Shown here piece by piece: positions 22,719 through 24,915 of a DNA stretch of 24,915 nt. The DNA lies in contig MCFH01000145.1 of NCBI GenBank assembly GCA_002104945.1, positions 1 through 24,915 of the forward strand, read 5' to 3'. The notes beneath the pieces were generated by a model. It did no database searches. It was given only the letters and a program-made list of their open reading frames with translations, and was not told the origin of the DNA. This DNA is from Piromyces finnis finn (Eukaryota; Fungi; Neocallimastigomycota). Every line of letters begins with the position of its first letter. Within the stretch, counting starts at the first letter, position 1. A program made the translations under genes and the position numbers.

Positions 22719-23126
22719 TGTAAAGAACTAATGTTCAATAAATAAAAACACAAATATATAAAAAGGAAAATAATAAAAGCAAATAAAAATTTTATTATTG
22801 AACACTTAACAAAATTATAACAGGTTAGTGTTTAATAATTTTATTTTTATTATAAAATTTTTTGTTAATAAAAACTCGAATTAAAAATAATTTTTTGAGA
22901 AATTTCACTCGTATTTATATAAATGTTTTTAAAAGTAAATTTATAAAAATTTTACAACTTAATTTTTTAAGCCAATCAGAAATTATCTTCTTTGGTAAAA
23001 TTTCGTTATAAAATATTTTAATAATTAAAAAAAAGATATTAATGAGGTTTCGAACTCGAGTAGTTCAAACCAAGGTCTTAGTTACTAACCACTAAGACAG
23101 GTTACTAATTTCTATGATTCGTTACA
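22719..23126 (-). mobile_element. Nested 408-bp solo LTR of a different family
   Basis: TGTAA...TTACA with a perfect 5-bp TSD TAACT (22714-22718, 23127-23131). Removing it restores collinearity with 21858-21931. Orientation is inferred: the minus strand starts TGTAACG, like the Gypsy-1 LTR. Confidence 0.88.
23043..23100 (-). other. Degenerate tRNA-like cassette (Gln-TTG-like; A- and B-box) inside the 408-bp LTR; not a functional tRNA
   Basis: Minus strand reads CTGTCTTAGTGGTTAGTAACTAAGACCTTGGTTTGAACTACTCGAGTTCGAAACCTC. The D-loop-like TAGTGGTTAG and T-loop GAGTTCGAAAC are at tRNA spacing, with TTG at the anticodon position. The anticodon stem is degenerate and there is no acceptor stem. Confidence 0.6.
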
Positions 23127-24154
23127 TAACTTAAACAATAATACTTGTGGCTTAAGTTACATTAAAGATATCAAACACCTCTGTTTGATATCTTTACAAA
23201 TTCTTTCCACGATAACTTAAAAAATGTTTCACCGTTAACAGATTTCATCTTCTAATTTTTTTTCTGGAATTCTTTTCAATCAAATCTGTGTTAAGATTAA
23301 TATTTATTAGACCTATTATTAAATACGTTTTCAAAGTATGGTCCTAACAATGAGACATGAAAGACTGGATGAAATCTCATTTTCATTGGAAGTTTCAATT
23401 TAAAAGCAGGAGAACTAACTTTTTCAATTATTTCAAATGAACCAAACATTTGAGGTGCTAATTTTTTCTTCAAATTAGTTCCAGGCGAAACTTTCAATAA
23501 CCATAACTTCTTTTCCACTTCGAATTCCGGGACTCATTCTTTTCATATCAGCATATTTCTTATATGTTTCTTTTTCTTTTTCTAAGTTTTCTTTTAATAA
23601 TCAAAAGTTTTCGTTCATATCAATTACTCTTTGTTCAGCTCTACTAGGTCTATCATTAGCTGGAATTTCTAAGCTGAACTTTGGATGAAAACCATAATTA
23701 GCAAAGAATGGGGATTGATTTATAGATTGTTGTAAAGTATTATTATATGCAAATTCAGCAAATGGGATAAGATCAACCCAATTCTGCTTTTTATTAATAA
23801 AACAACGGAAATATTGTTCTAATATGCCATTCACCCTCTCCGTTTGACCATATGTCTGCGGATGGTTAGCAGTCGATAATGAATTATTGATATTTAGAAG
23901 GCACGAAGTCTTGACCAAAAATCGGAACTAAATTGCGAGCTACTATCAGAAATGATGGAATCAGGAAGACCATGCAGACGGAGGACATTAGCAATAAAAG
24001 CATCAGCAGCAATATAAGCAGTAGGAAGACAACGTAAAGGAATGGCGTGAGCAAATTTGTAAATTATCGACAACAACCATAAGTGTAGTTATATCTCTGG
24101 ACTTTGGAAGATCAACAATGAAGTCGATAGAGATATTAGACCAAGGTCTATTGG

Positions 24155-24915
24155 TGTAAAATAATAATATTAAAACAGATTATTATTTTTACAATAAAAC
24201 ACAAAAAATAAAAAAATTTAAACAATAAAATAAATAAAAAATTCTCAATTAATATTTCTTTTTAAAAGTTATTAACTATATAATAGTCAATAACAACTAC
24301 GTTTATTTAAAATTTGGAAAAAAATACATGTATTTATATGTTTTTTCATTTACATTCATTTTATATATCTTTCATTCAATTATACATATATTTAATATAA
24401 AATAAACAAAACTAATTTAATACAACTTTAAATAAATAATAAAATAATAAAACTAAACTAAAACTAATTAAATACACTTTTGATTCAATTTGAGAAAACT
24501 GCAAATTGGATACAGTCCATGTATTATTTATATATTATTTAATATTAATAATACTATTTATAATATATTTCTTATTAAAAAAATCTATTTTAAAAATACG
24601 CTAAAGTTATTAAACTAATTTAATTAAATAAAAACTTTTAAGATTTAATTTGAATATTTAAAATATTTAAATTTAATATTCATTAATTTAAATATTTATC
24701 CAAATTTCGTTCTTAACCTTGATATTTTAAAATTAATTATATTATTATTTCATGAATTTATTGAATAAATTTTATGAATAATTCCGTTAAAATATCAAGA
24801 TTTTTTATTTAACAATTATTAATTAATTATTAAATAATTTAAAGATAATCTTATATCTTTATACTAGGAGTGTCCAAAGGGGATAATAATACATAAGGCT
24901 TATGTCTGGGGACTT
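24155..24915. mobile_element. Probable further LTR insertion truncating the Gypsy-2 integrase, distantly related to 22168-22580; other end lies outside the window
   Basis: Integrase homology stops abruptly at TGTAAAA (24155). Patches collinear with the long LTR occur at a near-constant ~2-kb offset, e.g. AAATACA..ATTCAA..CCATGTATTATT at 22456-22516 versus 24470-24528. The TSD cannot be confirmed. Confidence 0.45.

Larger units (their letters stand above)
22168..23198 (-). mobile_element. Solo LTR (~618 bp without its nested insert), a long variant of the Gypsy-2 LTR family, inserted in the Gypsy-2 chromodomain
   Basis: TGTAATG...CTTTACA with TSD AATCC (22163-22167) / AATTC (23199-23203), 4/5 match. 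Segments 22168-22228, 22550-22718 and 23127-23198 align with 21696-21931. Confidence 0.85.
21968..24154 (-). pseudogene. pol: Integrase core, GPY/F region and chromodomain of Gypsy-2, interrupted by an insertion at 22168-23198 and truncated at 24154
   Basis: Reads RPWSNISIDFIVDLPKS, AHAIPLR, LHGLPDSIISD, STANHPQTYGQTERVNGILEQYFRCF, WVDLIPFAEFAYNN, GSFEIIEKV and FHPVFHVSLL. Removing the insert gives ..NGETFFKLSWKGFDKYTWISEDHIPD, followed by a Lys-rich tail. Confidence 0.9.

Noticed and set aside
24889-24905. ATACATAAGGCTT shared with the SINE head (14309-14321)
   Set aside because: Only 13 bp. Here it is part of a local palindrome (ACATAAG-G-CTTATGT) with no B-box after it, so it is likely chance.
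1-24915. CRISPR array, prokaryotic operon or defence system
   Set aside because: No regularly spaced repeat-spacer array or prokaryotic gene organisation. All recognisable content is eukaryotic.

Overview
Very AT-rich (roughly 80% A+T by eye) eukaryotic DNA, most consistent with an anaerobic gut fungus (Neocallimastigomycota). That assignment is inferred from the composition, a secreted subtilase with CBM18 domains and a CotH remnant. No gene in the window is clearly intact as assembled. The left part (1-5.3 kb) holds a twice-frameshifted S8 protease with 2x CBM18, a divergent decayed CotH-CBM18 chimera, and duplicated fragments of the protease gene. 5.3-12.5 kb is low-complexity intergenic DNA with unidentifiable remnants. 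12.5-24.9 kb is a stack of nested retroelements that could be rebuilt from target-site duplications (TSDs). Nest 1 is a full-length but dead chromodomain Ty3/Gypsy element (12515-20538) with a self-priming PBS and a -1 frameshift signal. Its 5' LTR is split by a 2.58-kb TG..CA element, which in turn carries a 547-bp tRNA-Ala(AGC)-headed, poly(A)-tailed SINE with a perfect 13-bp TSD. Nest 2 is the 3' part of a second, minus-strand chromovirus. Its chromodomain is split by a related solo LTR, which is split by a 408-bp solo LTR carrying a tRNA-Gln-like A/B-box cassette in U3. The most novel-looking signals are the fungal tRNA-derived SINE and the tRNA-like/B-box cassettes inside LTRs. All comparisons to known tRNAs and protein families are from memory; no searches were run.
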